DNA of 64,000 nt from an uncultured Ectothiorhodospiraceae bacterium (GTDB lineage Bacteria > Pseudomonadota > Gammaproteobacteria > JAABTG01): the NCBI GenBank assembly GCA_937867305.1, contig CALMKJ010000022.1:23258-87257 (forward strand), read 5' to 3'. A program made the position numbers and the translations under genes. Positions 19,687 through 35,082 of the stretch are shown here, in pieces; within the stretch, counting starts at the first letter, position 1; the number at the start of each line of letters is the position of its first letter. The notes beneath the pieces are model-generated. The model saw only the letters and a program-made list of their open reading frames with translations, did not search any database and had not been told where the DNA came from.

Positions 19687-21987
19687 ATGACCTCGCTCGG
19701 CCGGGTTTTCCTCGCCCCGTTTCTCATCGCACTGTGGGTCTCGCCGGCCGCTCGGGCGGCGGAGAGCTTCGTGGTTCGCGACATCCGCGTGGACGGGTTG
19801 CAGCGGATCTCGGCCGGCACGGTGTTCAATTATCTCCCCGTCAAGGTCGGGGAGACCTTCGACGACGCGCGTTCCGCCGAGGCCGTGCGGGCGCTGTTCA
19901 AAACGGGATTCTTCCAGGACGTCTCGCTCCTGCGCGAGGGCCAGCTGCTGGTCGTGAACGTCGTCGAGCGGCCGGCGGTCGGAGAGATCTCCTTCTCCGG
20001 GAACAAGAACCTCGAGACCGACAAGCTCAAGGATTCGTTGAAACAGGTCGGATTCGCGGAGGGTCGCATCTTCGATCAGGCGATCCTCGATCGGGTGCAG
20101 CAGGACCTGCGCGAGCTCTACTTCTCCCAGGGCCGCTACGCCGTGAAGGTGGAGTCGACGGTCACGCCCCTCGAGCGCAACCGCGTCGGCGTCAACTTCG
20201 ACATCACGGAGGGAGACGTCGCCCGCATCAAGCAAATCCGGGTCGTCGGCAACCAGAGTTTCTCCGAAGACACGCTGCTCGATCTCTTCCAGCTCTCGAC
20301 GCCGACCTGGTCCAGTTGGTTCACCAAGAACGACCAGTACTCGAAGCAGAAACTCTCGGGCGACCTCGAGGCGTTGCGCTCCTTCTATCTGGACCGCGGA
20401 TTCATCAACTTCAACATCGACTCGACGCAGGTCTCCCTGACCCCGGACAAGAAGGACGTCTTCCTGACGGTCAACCTCTCCGAGGGTGATCGATACCGGA
20501 TCGGCGACGTCAAGCTCGCAGGGGAGCTCCCGGTGGCGGCGGACGAGCTCTCGAAGCTGGTGCAGATCCGGCAGGGCGCGGAGTTCTCGCGCAAGCAGGT
20601 GACCGAGACCAGCACCAAGATCGCAGAGCGCCTCGGGGACGAGGGCTACGCCTTCGCGAACATCAACGCGATCCCGGAGATCCAGGAGAAGACCAAGACG
20701 GTCAACCTGACCTTCTTCGTCGATCCGGGCAAGCGCGTGTACGTGCGCCGCATCGCCTTCAAGGGCAACGCCCGGACCTCCGACGAGGTCATGCGGCGCG
20801 AGATGCGCCAGATGGAGAGCGCCCCCATCTCGACGAGCAAGGTCAAGCGCTCCCAGCAGCGTCTGGAGCGCCTCGGATTCTTCGAAGAGGTCGACGTGGA
20901 GACCCCGGCCGTCGCCGGGACCACGGACGAGGTGGACGTCAATTTCAGCGTGAAGGAGCGCCCGTCGGGCAACCTGATGGCCGGCATCGGCTATGCCCAG
21001 ACCCAGGGCCTGATCTTCAATGCGAGCATCAGCCAGGAGAACTTCCTCGGCACCGGAAAGCGGGTCCAGCTCATCTTCAACAACAGCAAGGTCCTGCAGA
21101 CCTATCTCTTTTCCTACACCAACCCGTACTGGACGGCGGACGGGGTCAGCCGTGGTTTCGACCTCTACAAGCGCAAGGTCGACGCCGAGGACGCGAACAT
21201 CAGCGACTACACCGCCGACCGCTACGGCGGGAACGTCCACTTCGGCATCCCGCTGACGGAGCACGACACCATCAACCTCGGGGTCGGCGGCGAGCGCATC
21301 AAGATCAAGACCGGGACCTATCCGTCGAACGTCGTTCAGGACTTCCTGGAGGACGAAGGCGACGAGTACACGGTCGTCCCCGTCACGCTCGGGTACGCGC
21401 ACGATACCCGCAACCGCGCGATCTTCCCGGACGAAGGCGGTATCACGCGGGTGAGCGGGGAGGTCGACATCCCGGGGGGTGACCTTTCGTACTACAAGGT
21501 CACGCTGCGTCAGGAGTGGTATCAGGCCCTCACCGAGCGGTTCACCTTCCACCTGACCGGCGAGACGGCCTACGGAGACGGCTTCGGCGGCACCAACGGA
21601 CTGCCGTTCTTCGAGTATTTCTACGCGGGCGGTATCCGCTCGGTGCGTGGTTTCCGCGACAACACGCTCGGTCCGCGTGACAACTACGACGATCCGACGG
21701 GCGGAAACTTCCGGGCCTATGCCTCGGCCGAGCTCCTGATGCCCATGCCCTTCGCGAAGGACTCGAAGTCCGTGCGGCTCAGCACGTTCGTGGACGCGGG
21801 CAACGTCTGGATCACGGACGACCAGGTGAGGACGAGCGACGAAGGGCCGATACGGTACTCGGCGGGTGTGGCGACGAGCTGGTATTCCCCGCTCGGCCCG
21901 ATCTCCGTGAGCTTCGCGTGGCCCCTCAACAAGCAGAGCGGCGACGACACGCAGGTCTTCCAGTTCACTCTGGGTGCGATGTTCTGA
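19687..21987 (+). CDS. bamA: outer membrane protein assembly factor BamA
   Basis: POTRA (DIRVDGLQRI), VRGF motif, SPLGP, C-terminal FQFTLGAMF. Confidence 0.98.
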   Translation: MTSLGRVFLAPFLIALWVSPAARAAESFVVRDIRVDGLQRISAGTVFNYLPVKVGETFDDARSAEAVRALFKTGFFQDVSLLREGQLLVVNVVERPAVGEISFSGNKNLETDKLKDSLKQVGFAEGRIFDQAILDRVQQDLRELYFSQGRYAVKVESTVTPLERNRVGVNFDITEGDVARIKQIRVVGNQSFSEDTLLDLFQLSTPTWSSWFTKNDQYSKQKLSGDLEALRSFYLDRGFINFNIDSTQVSLTPDKKDVFLTVNLSEGDRYRIGDVKLAGELPVAADELSKLVQIRQGAEFSRKQVTETSTKIAERLGDEGYAFANINAIPEIQEKTKTVNLTFFVDPGKRVYVRRIAFKGNARTSDEVMRREMRQMESAPISTSKVKRSQQRLERLGFFEEVDVETPAVAGTTDEVDVNFSVKERPSGNLMAGIGYAQTQGLIFNASISQENFLGTGKRVQLIFNNSKVLQTYLFSYTNPYWTADGVSRGFDLYKRKVDAEDANISDYTADRYGGNVHFGIPLTEHDTINLGVGGERIKIKTGTYPSNVVQDFLEDEGDEYTVVPVTLGYAHDTRNRAIFPDEGGITRVSGEVDIPGGDLSYYKVTLRQEWYQALTERFTFHLTGETAYGDGFGGTNGLPFFEYFYAGGIRSVRGFRDNTLGPRDNYDDPTGGNFRAYASAELLMPMPFAKDSKSVRLSTFVDAGNVWITDDQVRTSDEGPIRYSAGVATSWYSPLGPISVSFAWPLNKQSGDDTQVFQFTLGAMF

Positions 21988-22018
21988 CGCAATCCGTTCG
22001 GATCGGGGGAGGCATATC

Positions 22019-22540
22019 GTGAGGCGTGTGCACGGGGCCGCCGCGGCCCTCCTCTGCATGCTGGGCACGGGCGCTATCGGGGCGGAGCTGCGCGTCGCCT
22101 ATGTGAACATGGCCAAGGTTCTGGAGGACGCCCCCCAGGCAACGGAGGCCTCGGCGAAGCTGGAGCAGTCGTTCTCCCCACGGGAGCGCGAGATCGTCGC
22201 GTTGCAGCGCGAGGTGCGCGAGCTCGAGGAGCGGCTGCTGCGGGACGGGCAGGGGATGACCGACGTGACGCGTGGTGGCCTGGAGCTGGACCTGCGCAGC
22301 CGCAAGCGGGAGTTGAAGCGCCAGCAGGACGAGTTCCGGGAGGACCTGAACCTGCGCAAGGGCCAGGAGCTGGCGGCCATCCAGCGGCTCGTGATCGACG
22401 CGATTCAGGGGCTCGCCAAGCGCGAGGGCTATGACCTGGTGCTGAGCGAAGGAGTGGTCTTTGCGAGCAGCCGCGTGGATGTCACCGACAGGGTCCTCGA
22501 GCGCCTGCGCCAGGCGGCCGAGCGCCGCGGCGGGAACTGA
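22019..22540 (+). CDS. skp: OmpH/Skp periplasmic chaperone
   Basis: signal peptide, RVAYVN, coiled coil, GYDLVL, DVTDRV; conserved position. Confidence 0.93.
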   Translation: MRRVHGAAAALLCMLGTGAIGAELRVAYVNMAKVLEDAPQATEASAKLEQSFSPREREIVALQREVRELEERLLRDGQGMTDVTRGGLELDLRSRKRELKRQQDEFREDLNLRKGQELAAIQRLVIDAIQGLAKREGYDLVLSEGVVFASSRVDVTDRVLERLRQAAERRGGN

Positions 22541-22549
22541 GGGGTCGCC

Positions 22550-23599
22550 GTGGGCCTGACCCTGGGGGACCTCGCCCGTGCGATCGGGGCGGAGTTGTCG
22601 GGGGACCCCGGGCTCGTCGTCGAGCGCGTGGCGACCCTGCAGGGCGCGGACGGCGCTGCCGTCAGCTTCCTCGCCAATCGGCAGTATCGCCGCCTCCTCG
22701 GCTCCACCCGGGCTGCCGGGGTGATCCTCTCCGCCCAGGACGCACCGGCGTGCCCGGTGGCGGTCCTCGTGATGGAGAACCCCTACCTCGGGTACGCCCG
22801 GGCGGCCGCGCTGCTCGGGCCCCAGGACAGGCCGCGCAGTGGCGTGGACGGGATGGCGTGGGTGAGCCCCGAGGCCCGGGTGCACGAGACGGCCTGGGTC
22901 GGGCCCCACGCCGTGGTCGAGTCGGGCGCGGAGGTGGGTCCCCAGGCGCAGGTGGGGCCCGGCTGCGTGGTGGCCGAGGGAGCCGTGATCGGCGCAGGCA
23001 CGCGGCTCGTCGCGAACGTGACCATCGGCGCGCGGGTGAGGCTCGGTGCGCGGGTCCTGGTCCACCCCGGGGCGGTGCTCGGGGCGGACGGCTTCGGGTT
23101 TGCCCAGGCGGGCGGCACCTGGGTGAAGATCCCCCAGCTCGGCTCGGTGGTGGTCGGTGACGACGTGGAGATCGGGGCCAACACGACCATCGACCGCGGT
23201 GCCCTGGACGACACGGTCGTCGAGGACGGAGTGAAGCTCGACAATCAGATCCAGGTCGGGCACAACTGCCACATCGGGGCGCACACGGCCATCGCGGGCT
23301 GCACCGGCATCGCCGGCAGCGCGCACATCGGACGCCACTGCATGATTGGCGGTGGGGTCGGCGTGAACGGCCACATCGACATTTGCGACGGGGCGGTGAT
23401 CTCGGGTCGGTCCGTGGTCTATCAGTCGATCACGAAGCCTGGCCAGTACGCCTCGGGCGTGCCCCTGCTGCCCCAGGAGACGTGGGCGCGGACCTTCCAG
23501 CGATTCCGCCAGCTGGAGGACCTCGCCCGCCGGGTCAAGCGGCTCGAGCAGGACGCGCCCGCGCGAGCCGCCTTTTCGGGAGCGGAGGAGGAAGAGTGA
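22550..23599 (+). CDS. lpxD: UDP-3-O-acylglucosamine N-acyltransferase
   Basis: hexapeptide repeats, [28 protein letters not shown]. Confidence 0.98.
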   Translation: MGLTLGDLARAIGAELSGDPGLVVERVATLQGADGAAVSFLANRQYRRLLGSTRAAGVILSAQDAPACPVAVLVMENPYLGYARAAALLGPQDRPRSGVDGMAWVSPEARVHETAWVGPHAVVESGAEVGPQAQVGPGCVVAEGAVIGAGTRLVANVTIGARVRLGARVLVHPGAVLGADGFGFAQAGGTWVKIPQLGSVVVGDDVEIGANTTIDRGALDDTVVEDGVKLDNQIQVGHNCHIGAHTAIAGCTGIAGSAHIGRHCMIGGGVGVNGHIDICDGAVISGRSVVYQSITKPGQYASGVPLLPQETWARTFQRFRQLEDLARRVKRLEQDAPARAAFSGAEEEE

Positions 23600-24060
23600 G
23601 CGATTCGGGCTCCAGATCCATGGACATCCACGAGGTGCGCCGGTACCTGCCGCACCGCTACCCCTTCATGCTGATCGACCGTGTCCTGGACTACGTCCCG
23701 GGGGAGTACCTCACGGCGGTCAAGAACATCACCTACAACGAGCCGCAGTTCACCGGGCACTTCCCCGAGCGGCCCATCATGCCGGGTGTCCTCCTGATCG
23801 AGGCGATGGCCCAGACGGCCGGGATCCTGGCCCAAGTGAGCACCGGCGTGCGCGTCGACGACCGCCATCTGTACTACCTCGTGGGTGTCGACAACGCGCG
23901 CTTCAAGCGCCCGGTGGAGCCCGGTGACCAGGTCATCCTGAGGGCCGAGCTCCAGCGCGCGATCCGCGGAGTCTGGAAGTTCAGCTGCGAGGCGCGGGTC
24001 GACGGGCAGGTCGTCGCCAGCGCCGAGGTGATGTCGGTCCTGAAGGAAGTCGGCGACTGA
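23596..24060 (+). CDS. fabZ: 3-hydroxyacyl-ACP dehydratase
   Basis: [29 protein letters not shown]. Confidence 0.98.
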   Translation: MSDSGSRSMDIHEVRRYLPHRYPFMLIDRVLDYVPGEYLTAVKNITYNEPQFTGHFPERPIMPGVLLIEAMAQTAGILAQVSTGVRVDDRHLYYLVGVDNARFKRPVEPGDQVILRAELQRAIRGVWKFSCEARVDGQVVASAEVMSVLKEVGD

Positions 24061-24070
24061 GGCGTCGCCC

Positions 24071-24844
24071 GTGATCCACCCGACGGCGGTCGTGGACCCC
24101 AGCGCCCGGCTGATGCCGGGCGTGAGCGTGGGGGCGTACAGCGTCATCGGTCCCGAGGTCGAGATCGGGGAGGGGACCTGGGTCGGTCCCCACGTGGTCA
24201 TCAACGGCCCCACGCGGATGGGCCGCGAAAATCGGATCTATCAGTTCTCGTCCATCGGCGAGCAGGCGCAGGACAAGAAGTACTCGGGCGAGCGTACCTG
24301 GCTCGAGATCGGCGACCGCAACGTCATCCGCGAGTACTGCACCTTGAACCGGGGCACCGCCCAGGACGCGGGCGTCACCCGGGTCGGGGACGACAACTGG
24401 CTCATGGCCTACGTGCACATCGCGCACGACTGCGTGGTCGGCTCGGGCACCGTCTTCGCGAACGGCGCGTCGCTCGCCGGGCACGTGCGGGTCGAGGACT
24501 ACGCCATCCTCGGCGGCTTCGCCCTGATCTACCAGTTCTGCCGCGTGGGGGCCTACAGCCTCTGCGCGTTCGGCAGCCACGTGCGCAAGGACGTGCCGCC
24601 GTTCGTGGTCGTGGCCGGTCAGCCGGCGGAGCCCCACGGGCTGAACACGGAGGGCATGCGGCGCCGGAAGGTGCCCCAGGACACCATCGCGGCGCTCCGC
24701 CAGGCCTACAAGGTCCTGTATCGCGACGGCCTCACGCTGGAGGACGCCCGCGTGCAGCTGGCGGAGTTCGCCTCCGCGACGCCCGACGTGGCCCGGTTGC
24801 TCGAGTTCCTGCAGGGGGAAAGCCGCCACGGGATCGTCCGCTGA
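24071..24844 (+). CDS. lpxA: UDP-GlcNAc O-acyltransferase
   Basis: IHPTAVV, QDKKY, MAYVHIAHDC, LAGHV. Confidence 0.98.
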   Translation: MIHPTAVVDPSARLMPGVSVGAYSVIGPEVEIGEGTWVGPHVVINGPTRMGRENRIYQFSSIGEQAQDKKYSGERTWLEIGDRNVIREYCTLNRGTAQDAGVTRVGDDNWLMAYVHIAHDCVVGSGTVFANGASLAGHVRVEDYAILGGFALIYQFCRVGAYSLCAFGSHVRKDVPPFVVVAGQPAEPHGLNTEGMRRRKVPQDTIAALRQAYKVLYRDGLTLEDARVQLAEFASATPDVARLLEFLQGESRHGIVR

Positions 24845-26000
24845 GGCGGGTCGGGGGACCCTCCCCCGGCTGGGCCTCGTCGCGGGTGAACTCTCCGGCG
24901 ACCTGATCGGGGCGGGGCTGGTGGGCGCGCTCGCGCGGCGGCTCCCGGGCCTGTGCTGCGAGGGGATCGCGGGGCCGCAACTGCTGGCCGCCGGCTGCCA
25001 GGGCCTCTACCCCATGGAGCGGCTCTCGGTCGTGGGCCTGGCGGAGGTGGTCCGCCGCGTTCCGGAGCTTCTGCGGGCGCGCCGGCGCCTCCTCGCGCGC
25101 TGGGCCGCGAGCCCCCCCGGGGTCTTCGTCGGGGTCGACGCCCCGGACTTCAATCTGGGCCTCGAGCGCCGGCTGCGCGCGCGGGGCGTTCCCACCGTTC
25201 ACTACGTCAGCCCCTCCGTCTGGGCGTGGCGCCGCTATCGGGTACGCAAGGTCGCCCGCGCGGTGGATCGGCTGCTGGTGCTGTTCCCGTTCGAGGCCGA
25301 CTTCTACGAGCGCCACGGGGTGCCGGTGCGCCTGGTGGGTCACCCGCTGGCTGACCGGATCCCCATGGAGCCCGTCGTCGCCCAGGCGCGCCGGGAGCTC
25401 GGGCTGCCGGCCGAAGGTGAGTGGGTAGCCCTCCTGCCCGGGAGCCGGGCGGGGGAGGTCGCGCGGCTCTCCGCACCGCTGCTCGGTGCGGCGGCCTGGT
25501 TGCGCGCCCGGCGCCCCGGGCTCGGTTTCCTGGTGCCCGCGGCGAGCCCGGAGACCCGGGCGGTCTTCGAGTCCGAGTGGCGCCGTGCGGGGGCGGACCT
25601 GCCCCTGCGGGTCTTCGACGGCCACAGCCGTACCGTCATGGCGGCGGCCGACGTGGTCCTGCTGGCGTCCGGCACGGCGACCCTGGAGGCGCTCCTCCTC
25701 AAACGGCCCATGGTCGTCACCTACCGCGTGCACCCGCTGACCTACGCCCTCGCCCGACGCCTGGTTCGTGTGGCACACGTCTCGCTGCCGAACCTGCTGG
25801 CCGGCCGGGCGCTGGTGCCGGAACTCCTGCAGGACCAGGCGACCCCCGAGCGGCTGGGAGCGGCCGTGCTTCCCTTCCTGGAGGACCCCGGGGCCAGCGC
25901 CAGCCTGCAGGACGCGTTTCGGGGTCTGCACCGGACCCTGCGCCGTGGCGCCGACGACCGGGCGGCGGAGGCGGTGCTCGAGCTCCTCGGGCAGGGGTGA
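24828..26000 (+). CDS. lpxB: lipid-A-disaccharide synthase (start codon uncertain, see findings)
   Basis: GLVAGELSGD upstream of the first GTG, DAPDFN, YVSPSVWAWR, LLPGSR, SGTATLE. Confidence 0.95.
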   Translation, partial: TGSSAEAGRGTLPRLGLVAGELSGDLIGAGLVGALARRLPGLCCEGIAGPQLLAAGCQGLYPMERLSVVGLAEVVRRVPELLRARRRLLARWAASPPGVFVGVDAPDFNLGLERRLRARGVPTVHYVSPSVWAWRRYRVRKVARAVDRLLVLFPFEADFYERHGVPVRLVGHPLADRIPMEPVVAQARRELGLPAEGEWVALLPGSRAGEVARLSAPLLGAAAWLRARRPGLGFLVPAASPETRAVFESEWRRAGADLPLRVFDGHSRTVMAAADVVLLASGTATLEALLLKRPMVVTYRVHPLTYALARRLVRVAHVSLPNLLAGRALVPELLQDQATPERLGAAVLPFLEDPGASASLQDAFRGLHRTLRRGADDRAAEAVLELLGQG

Positions 26001-26006
26001 CAGGTC

Positions 26007-26585
26007 ATGCGGGGAACGGTTCTCGTGGCCGGGGTCGACGAGGTGGGAAGGGGCCCTCTCGCGGGGCCCGTCGTCACCGCAGCCGTCATCCTCGACCCGG
26101 CCCGCCCCATCGCGGGGCTGCGCGACTCCAAGACCCTGGCACCGGCCCGCCGCGAGGCCCTGGCTCTTCTCGTTCGCGAGCGGGCGCTGGCCTGGGCGCT
26201 CGGACGGGCGGAGGTCGAGGAGATCGACCGCTGGAACATCCTGCAGGCGACCCTGCTCGCCATGGAGCGCGCCGTGCGGGCCCTGGCGGTCGCCCCGGAG
26301 AAGGTGCTCGTGGACGGCAACCGCTGCCCCCGGGTGCCGTACCCCGTCGAGGCGATCGTCGGGGGCGACGGCCTGGTCGAAGCCATCAGCGCCGCGTCGA
26401 TCGTGGCCAAGGTGGCCCGGGACTCGGAGATGGTCGAGCTCGACGCCCGTTACCCCGGCTATGGGCTGGCGGGGCACAAGGGTTATCCGACCCGGGAGCA
26501 CCTGGAGGCCCTCGGCCGGCTCGGTCCCGCGCCGGTCCACCGCCGCTCGTTCGGGCCCGTCGCCAGGGCGGCGCGCACCACCTGA
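26007..26585 (+). CDS. rnhB: ribonuclease HII
   Basis: [36 protein letters not shown]. Confidence 0.98.
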   Translation: MRGTVLVAGVDEVGRGPLAGPVVTAAVILDPARPIAGLRDSKTLAPARREALALLVRERALAWALGRAEVEEIDRWNILQATLLAMERAVRALAVAPEKVLVDGNRCPRVPYPVEAIVGGDGLVEAISAASIVAKVARDSEMVELDARYPGYGLAGHKGYPTREHLEALGRLGPAPVHRRSFGPVARAARTT

Positions 26586-26643
26586 GGGCTGCACTCGCGG
26601 CTCCTGGCGAGCCTCTCCAGCTCCCTGGTAAGGTAACCGGGTC

Positions 26644-30102
<3,459 letters not shown>

Positions 30103-30184
30103 ACGCCCGGGCCTTGCCTTGCCATCGGTGGGGGTGGCGTTTAATGTCTGCGGTCTGTCCGCACGCGCAGGACCATTCCCCGGC

Positions 30185-31141
30185 ATGAACCTGAACTTTC
30201 TCGACTTCGAGCAGCCCATCGCCGAGCTCGAGGCGAAGATCGAGGAGCTGCGCTACGTCGGCAAGGACGCGGAGCTCAACATCTCGGACGAGGTCGCGCG
30301 GCTCCAGAAGAAGAGCGACGAGCTCACCCGGTCCATCTTCTCGTCGCTCTCGCCCTGGCAGGTCTCCCAGCTCGCGCGCCACCCCCAGCGCCCCTACACG
30401 CTCGACTACGTGGACCGGATCTTCACCGATTGGCAGGAGCTGCACGGAGACCGGGCCTTTGCCGACGACCCGGCAATCGTGGGAGGGTTGGCCCGTCTCG
30501 ACAAACAGCCCGTCATGGTCATCGGGCACCAGAAGGGGCGTGACACGAAGGAGAAGATCCACCGCAACTTCGGCATGCCGCGTCCCGAGGGCTATCGCAA
30601 GGCACTGCGCCTGATGCAGATGGCCGAGCGCTTCCGCCTACCGCTCATCACCTTCATCGACACGCCGGGCGCCTACCCGGGCGTGGGCGCCGAGGAGCGC
30701 GGCCAGAGCGAGGCCATAGCGCGGAACCTGTTCGTCATGTCGGAGCTGCGCACACCCGTGCTCTGCACGGTCATCGGCGAGGGGGGATCGGGGGGTGCGC
30801 TGGCCATCGGGGTCGGCGACCGGGTGCTGATGATGCAGTACGCGACTTATTCGGTGATCTCGCCGGAGGGCTGCGCCTCGATCCTCTGGAAGAGCGCGGA
30901 AAAGGCGCCCGACGCTGCCGAGGCCCTGGGGATCACCTCGGCCCGGCTGCAGGAGCTCGGTCTCGTGGACGGTGTGATCGAGGAGCCGCTCGGGGGGGCG
31001 CACCGGGACGTGGCCGCGATGGCCGCGGCCCTGCGCGAGCGCCTCACCCAGGAGCTCGACGTCCTGAACGCCGTCCCGCTGCACGACCTCGTGGAGAGCC
31101 GCTACCGCCGGCTGAGGCAGTACGGGGCCTACCAGGGGTGA
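30185..31141 (+). CDS. accA: acetyl-CoA carboxylase carboxyltransferase alpha
   Basis: [34 protein letters not shown]. Confidence 0.98.
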   Translation: MNLNFLDFEQPIAELEAKIEELRYVGKDAELNISDEVARLQKKSDELTRSIFSSLSPWQVSQLARHPQRPYTLDYVDRIFTDWQELHGDRAFADDPAIVGGLARLDKQPVMVIGHQKGRDTKEKIHRNFGMPRPEGYRKALRLMQMAERFRLPLITFIDTPGAYPGVGAEERGQSEAIARNLFVMSELRTPVLCTVIGEGGSGGALAIGVGDRVLMMQYATYSVISPEGCASILWKSAEKAPDAAEALGITSARLQELGLVDGVIEEPLGGAHRDVAAMAAALRERLTQELDVLNAVPLHDLVESRYRRLRQYGAYQG

Positions 31142-31175
31142 GCCGGACTCGCGCCGGTACCCCCGTTCGACGCGC

Positions 31176-32846
<1,671 letters not shown>

Positions 32847-32943
32847 TTACTGTAACCGTAACCGCGGCGGCCGGGCCACCGCAGCGTACTGCCAGGGGAG
32901 GGGCCCGGTGCGGTTCCACGCTATCGACGCAGGGGGAGGGAGG

Positions 32944-34290
32944 GTGGCCGGAAGGGAGTTTTCGTGTGCCGCGTTGGTCCGAATCCTGGGGGAGTTGCCG
33001 CCGGCGCCGCGCTACCGGGTGGCGTTCAGCGGGGGACTCGATTCCGCCGTCCTCCTCCACGCCCTGGGAGAGGTCCGCGGAGACCTTCCGGGGGTGCTCG
33101 AAGCCCTGCACGTGAACCACGGGCTGCACGGGGACGCGGGGCGCTGGGCGGAGCACTGCCAGCGGGTCTGTGCCGGGCTCGGGGTTCCCTGCCGGGTGGT
33201 GAGGGTGGCGGATGCCGCAGGCTCGGCCGGTGAGAGCCCGGAGGCGGCCGCGCGCGCCGCGCGTTACCGGGCCTTCGCCGAGGGGCTCGAGACGGGCGAC
33301 GCGGTGCTGACCGCCCACCACCAGGACGACCAGGCAGAGACCCTGCTTCTCCATCTGCTGCGGGGGAGCGGCACCCGGGGACTGTCCGCGATGCCGGTGC
33401 GCCGTCCGCTCGGTGAGGGGTGGCTGGTGCGCCCCCTGCTCGGGTGGCCCCGGTCGGCCCTGCGTGCCTGGGCCGGGTCCCGGGGACTCGCCTGGCTCGA
33501 TGACCCCAGCAACCAGGACGAGCGCTTCGAGCGCAATTTCCTGCGCCGGCAGGTGCTGCCCCTGCTCGAGACCCGTTGGCCCGGTGCCGCCCGGGTCCTG
33601 GCCCGGGACGCCGTGCTGCAGGCCGAGGCAGCCTCCGTCCTGGAGGACCTGGCGCGGGGCGACGCACGAGGTGCCCGCGGTCCCGGCGCGGGGACGTTGT
33701 CGGTGCGGGCCCTGCTCGAGCTGTCGTCGGCCCGACGGGTCGGGGCCCTGCGGGAGTGGTTGCGCCAGCGGGGCCTGCCGCCGCCTGGAAGCGCGCATCT
33801 GGACCACGTCGTCCGCGACGTGCTGGCCGCCCGGTGGGATGCCGAGGCCCGGGTCGCCTGGCCTGGCGCCGAGGTCTGGCGCTACCGGGACACCCTTGCG
33901 GCCTTGCCCCCTGCGCCGGTGCTCTCCCCGGGGCAGGTCTGGAGCTGGCGGCCGCCGGCCCCGCTCGCCCTTCCGGCCGGCACGCTCACCGCGACGGCGA
34001 CCATGGGCGAGGGGCTGGCCGCGGTGCGCGTCGCGGCCGGGCCGCTGCAGGTCCGTCTGCGCACGGGCGGGGAACGCTGCCGCCTTCCGCACCGGGCGCA
34101 CACGCACGCCCTGAAGAAACTGCTGCAGGCCCAGGGTGTCTCACCGTGGGTACGCCGCTATCTGCCGCTCGTCTACCGGGGTGAAGAGTTGCTGGCCGTC
34201 GCCGATCTCTGGGTGTGCGAGCCCTGGGCCGCCGGTCCCGGCGAGGCCGGGTGGGCGCTGCGTTGGCAGCGTCCGGTGGGCTGGCCGTGA
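32944..34290 (+). CDS. tilS: tRNA(Ile)-lysidine synthetase
   Basis: SGGLDS PP-loop, HVNHGL, AHHQDDQAET, DDPSN, RNFLR; GGGAGG RBS before GTG. Confidence 0.96.
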   Translation: MAGREFSCAALVRILGELPPAPRYRVAFSGGLDSAVLLHALGEVRGDLPGVLEALHVNHGLHGDAGRWAEHCQRVCAGLGVPCRVVRVADAAGSAGESPEAAARAARYRAFAEGLETGDAVLTAHHQDDQAETLLLHLLRGSGTRGLSAMPVRRPLGEGWLVRPLLGWPRSALRAWAGSRGLAWLDDPSNQDERFERNFLRRQVLPLLETRWPGAARVLARDAVLQAEAASVLEDLARGDARGARGPGAGTLSVRALLELSSARRVGALREWLRQRGLPPPGSAHLDHVVRDVLAARWDAEARVAWPGAEVWRYRDTLAALPPAPVLSPGQVWSWRPPAPLALPAGTLTATATMGEGLAAVRVAAGPLQVRLRTGGERCRLPHRAHTHALKKLLQAQGVSPWVRRYLPLVYRGEELLAVADLWVCEPWAAGPGEAGWALRWQRPVGWP

Positions 34291-34413
34291 GGGTCGAGGT
34301 TGCCGAAAATTCCACCCGGCCGCTACAGTGGCCGACGTTCGTGAGCGAGGGGGTGTAAGGTGCGAGGCCGAGGTTTCGATGCCGATGGGCGTCGCGAGGG
34401 AGGCGCGAGGGAA

Positions 34414-35079
34414 ATGGTGCGCGGGTGGCTCGGGTCGGCGATGGTGTTCTGTCTCGTGCTCCTGGCGGGGCCCGCCCCGCGCGCCGAGTCCACGGACCCC
34501 GCGACCCTCCTGGCCGGGGTGACGGACCGCCTGGTCCAGGAGGCGTCTCGTCACGGCCAGGAGTACCGGCGCGATCCGGACCGCGCCCGGGCCCTGGCCC
34601 GGGAGCTGCTGGCGCCGCTGGTGGACTTCACCGGGATCGGGAGGCGGGTGCTGGGCGCCCACGGTCGTCGGGCGTCCGCCGAGCAGCTCGACCGTTTCGC
34701 GGCGGAGTACCGGGAATTCGTGGTCAACACCCTGGCCAGCGGCTTCGTGGAGCAGGTCGAGCGGGTGGCCCGCTATGGCCAGGGGGTGCGTTTCCTGCCG
34801 ACCCGATTTGGCGACGACCAGCGCACCGCCGCCGTCCGCGGCCGCGTCACCCTGGAAGGGGGTGTGCCGCTGGAGGTGGACTTCCGGGTCCGCGAGGTCG
34901 GGGGGGCCTGGAAGGTGTACGACGTGCTGGTCGCGGGGGTCAGTCTGGTTCAAGCCAACCAGGCCGCCTTCGCGCGCGAGCTGGAGTCGGCCGGAGTCGA
35001 GGGCCTGACGGCCCGACTGGCAAGCCGCAACCGCACGGCTGCCCCGAGCGAGGCGGGCCCGCGCGCCTGCTGCGGTTGA
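34414..35079 (+). CDS. MlaC/Ttg2D-family periplasmic lipid-binding protein
   Basis: signal peptide, VDF..IGRRVLG, WKVYDVLVAGVSLV. Confidence 0.88.
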   Translation: MVRGWLGSAMVFCLVLLAGPAPRAESTDPATLLAGVTDRLVQEASRHGQEYRRDPDRARALARELLAPLVDFTGIGRRVLGAHGRRASAEQLDRFAAEYREFVVNTLASGFVEQVERVARYGQGVRFLPTRFGDDQRTAAVRGRVTLEGGVPLEVDFRVREVGGAWKVYDVLVAGVSLVQANQAAFARELESAGVEGLTARLASRNRTAAPSEAGPRACCG

Positions 35080-35082
35080 GCG

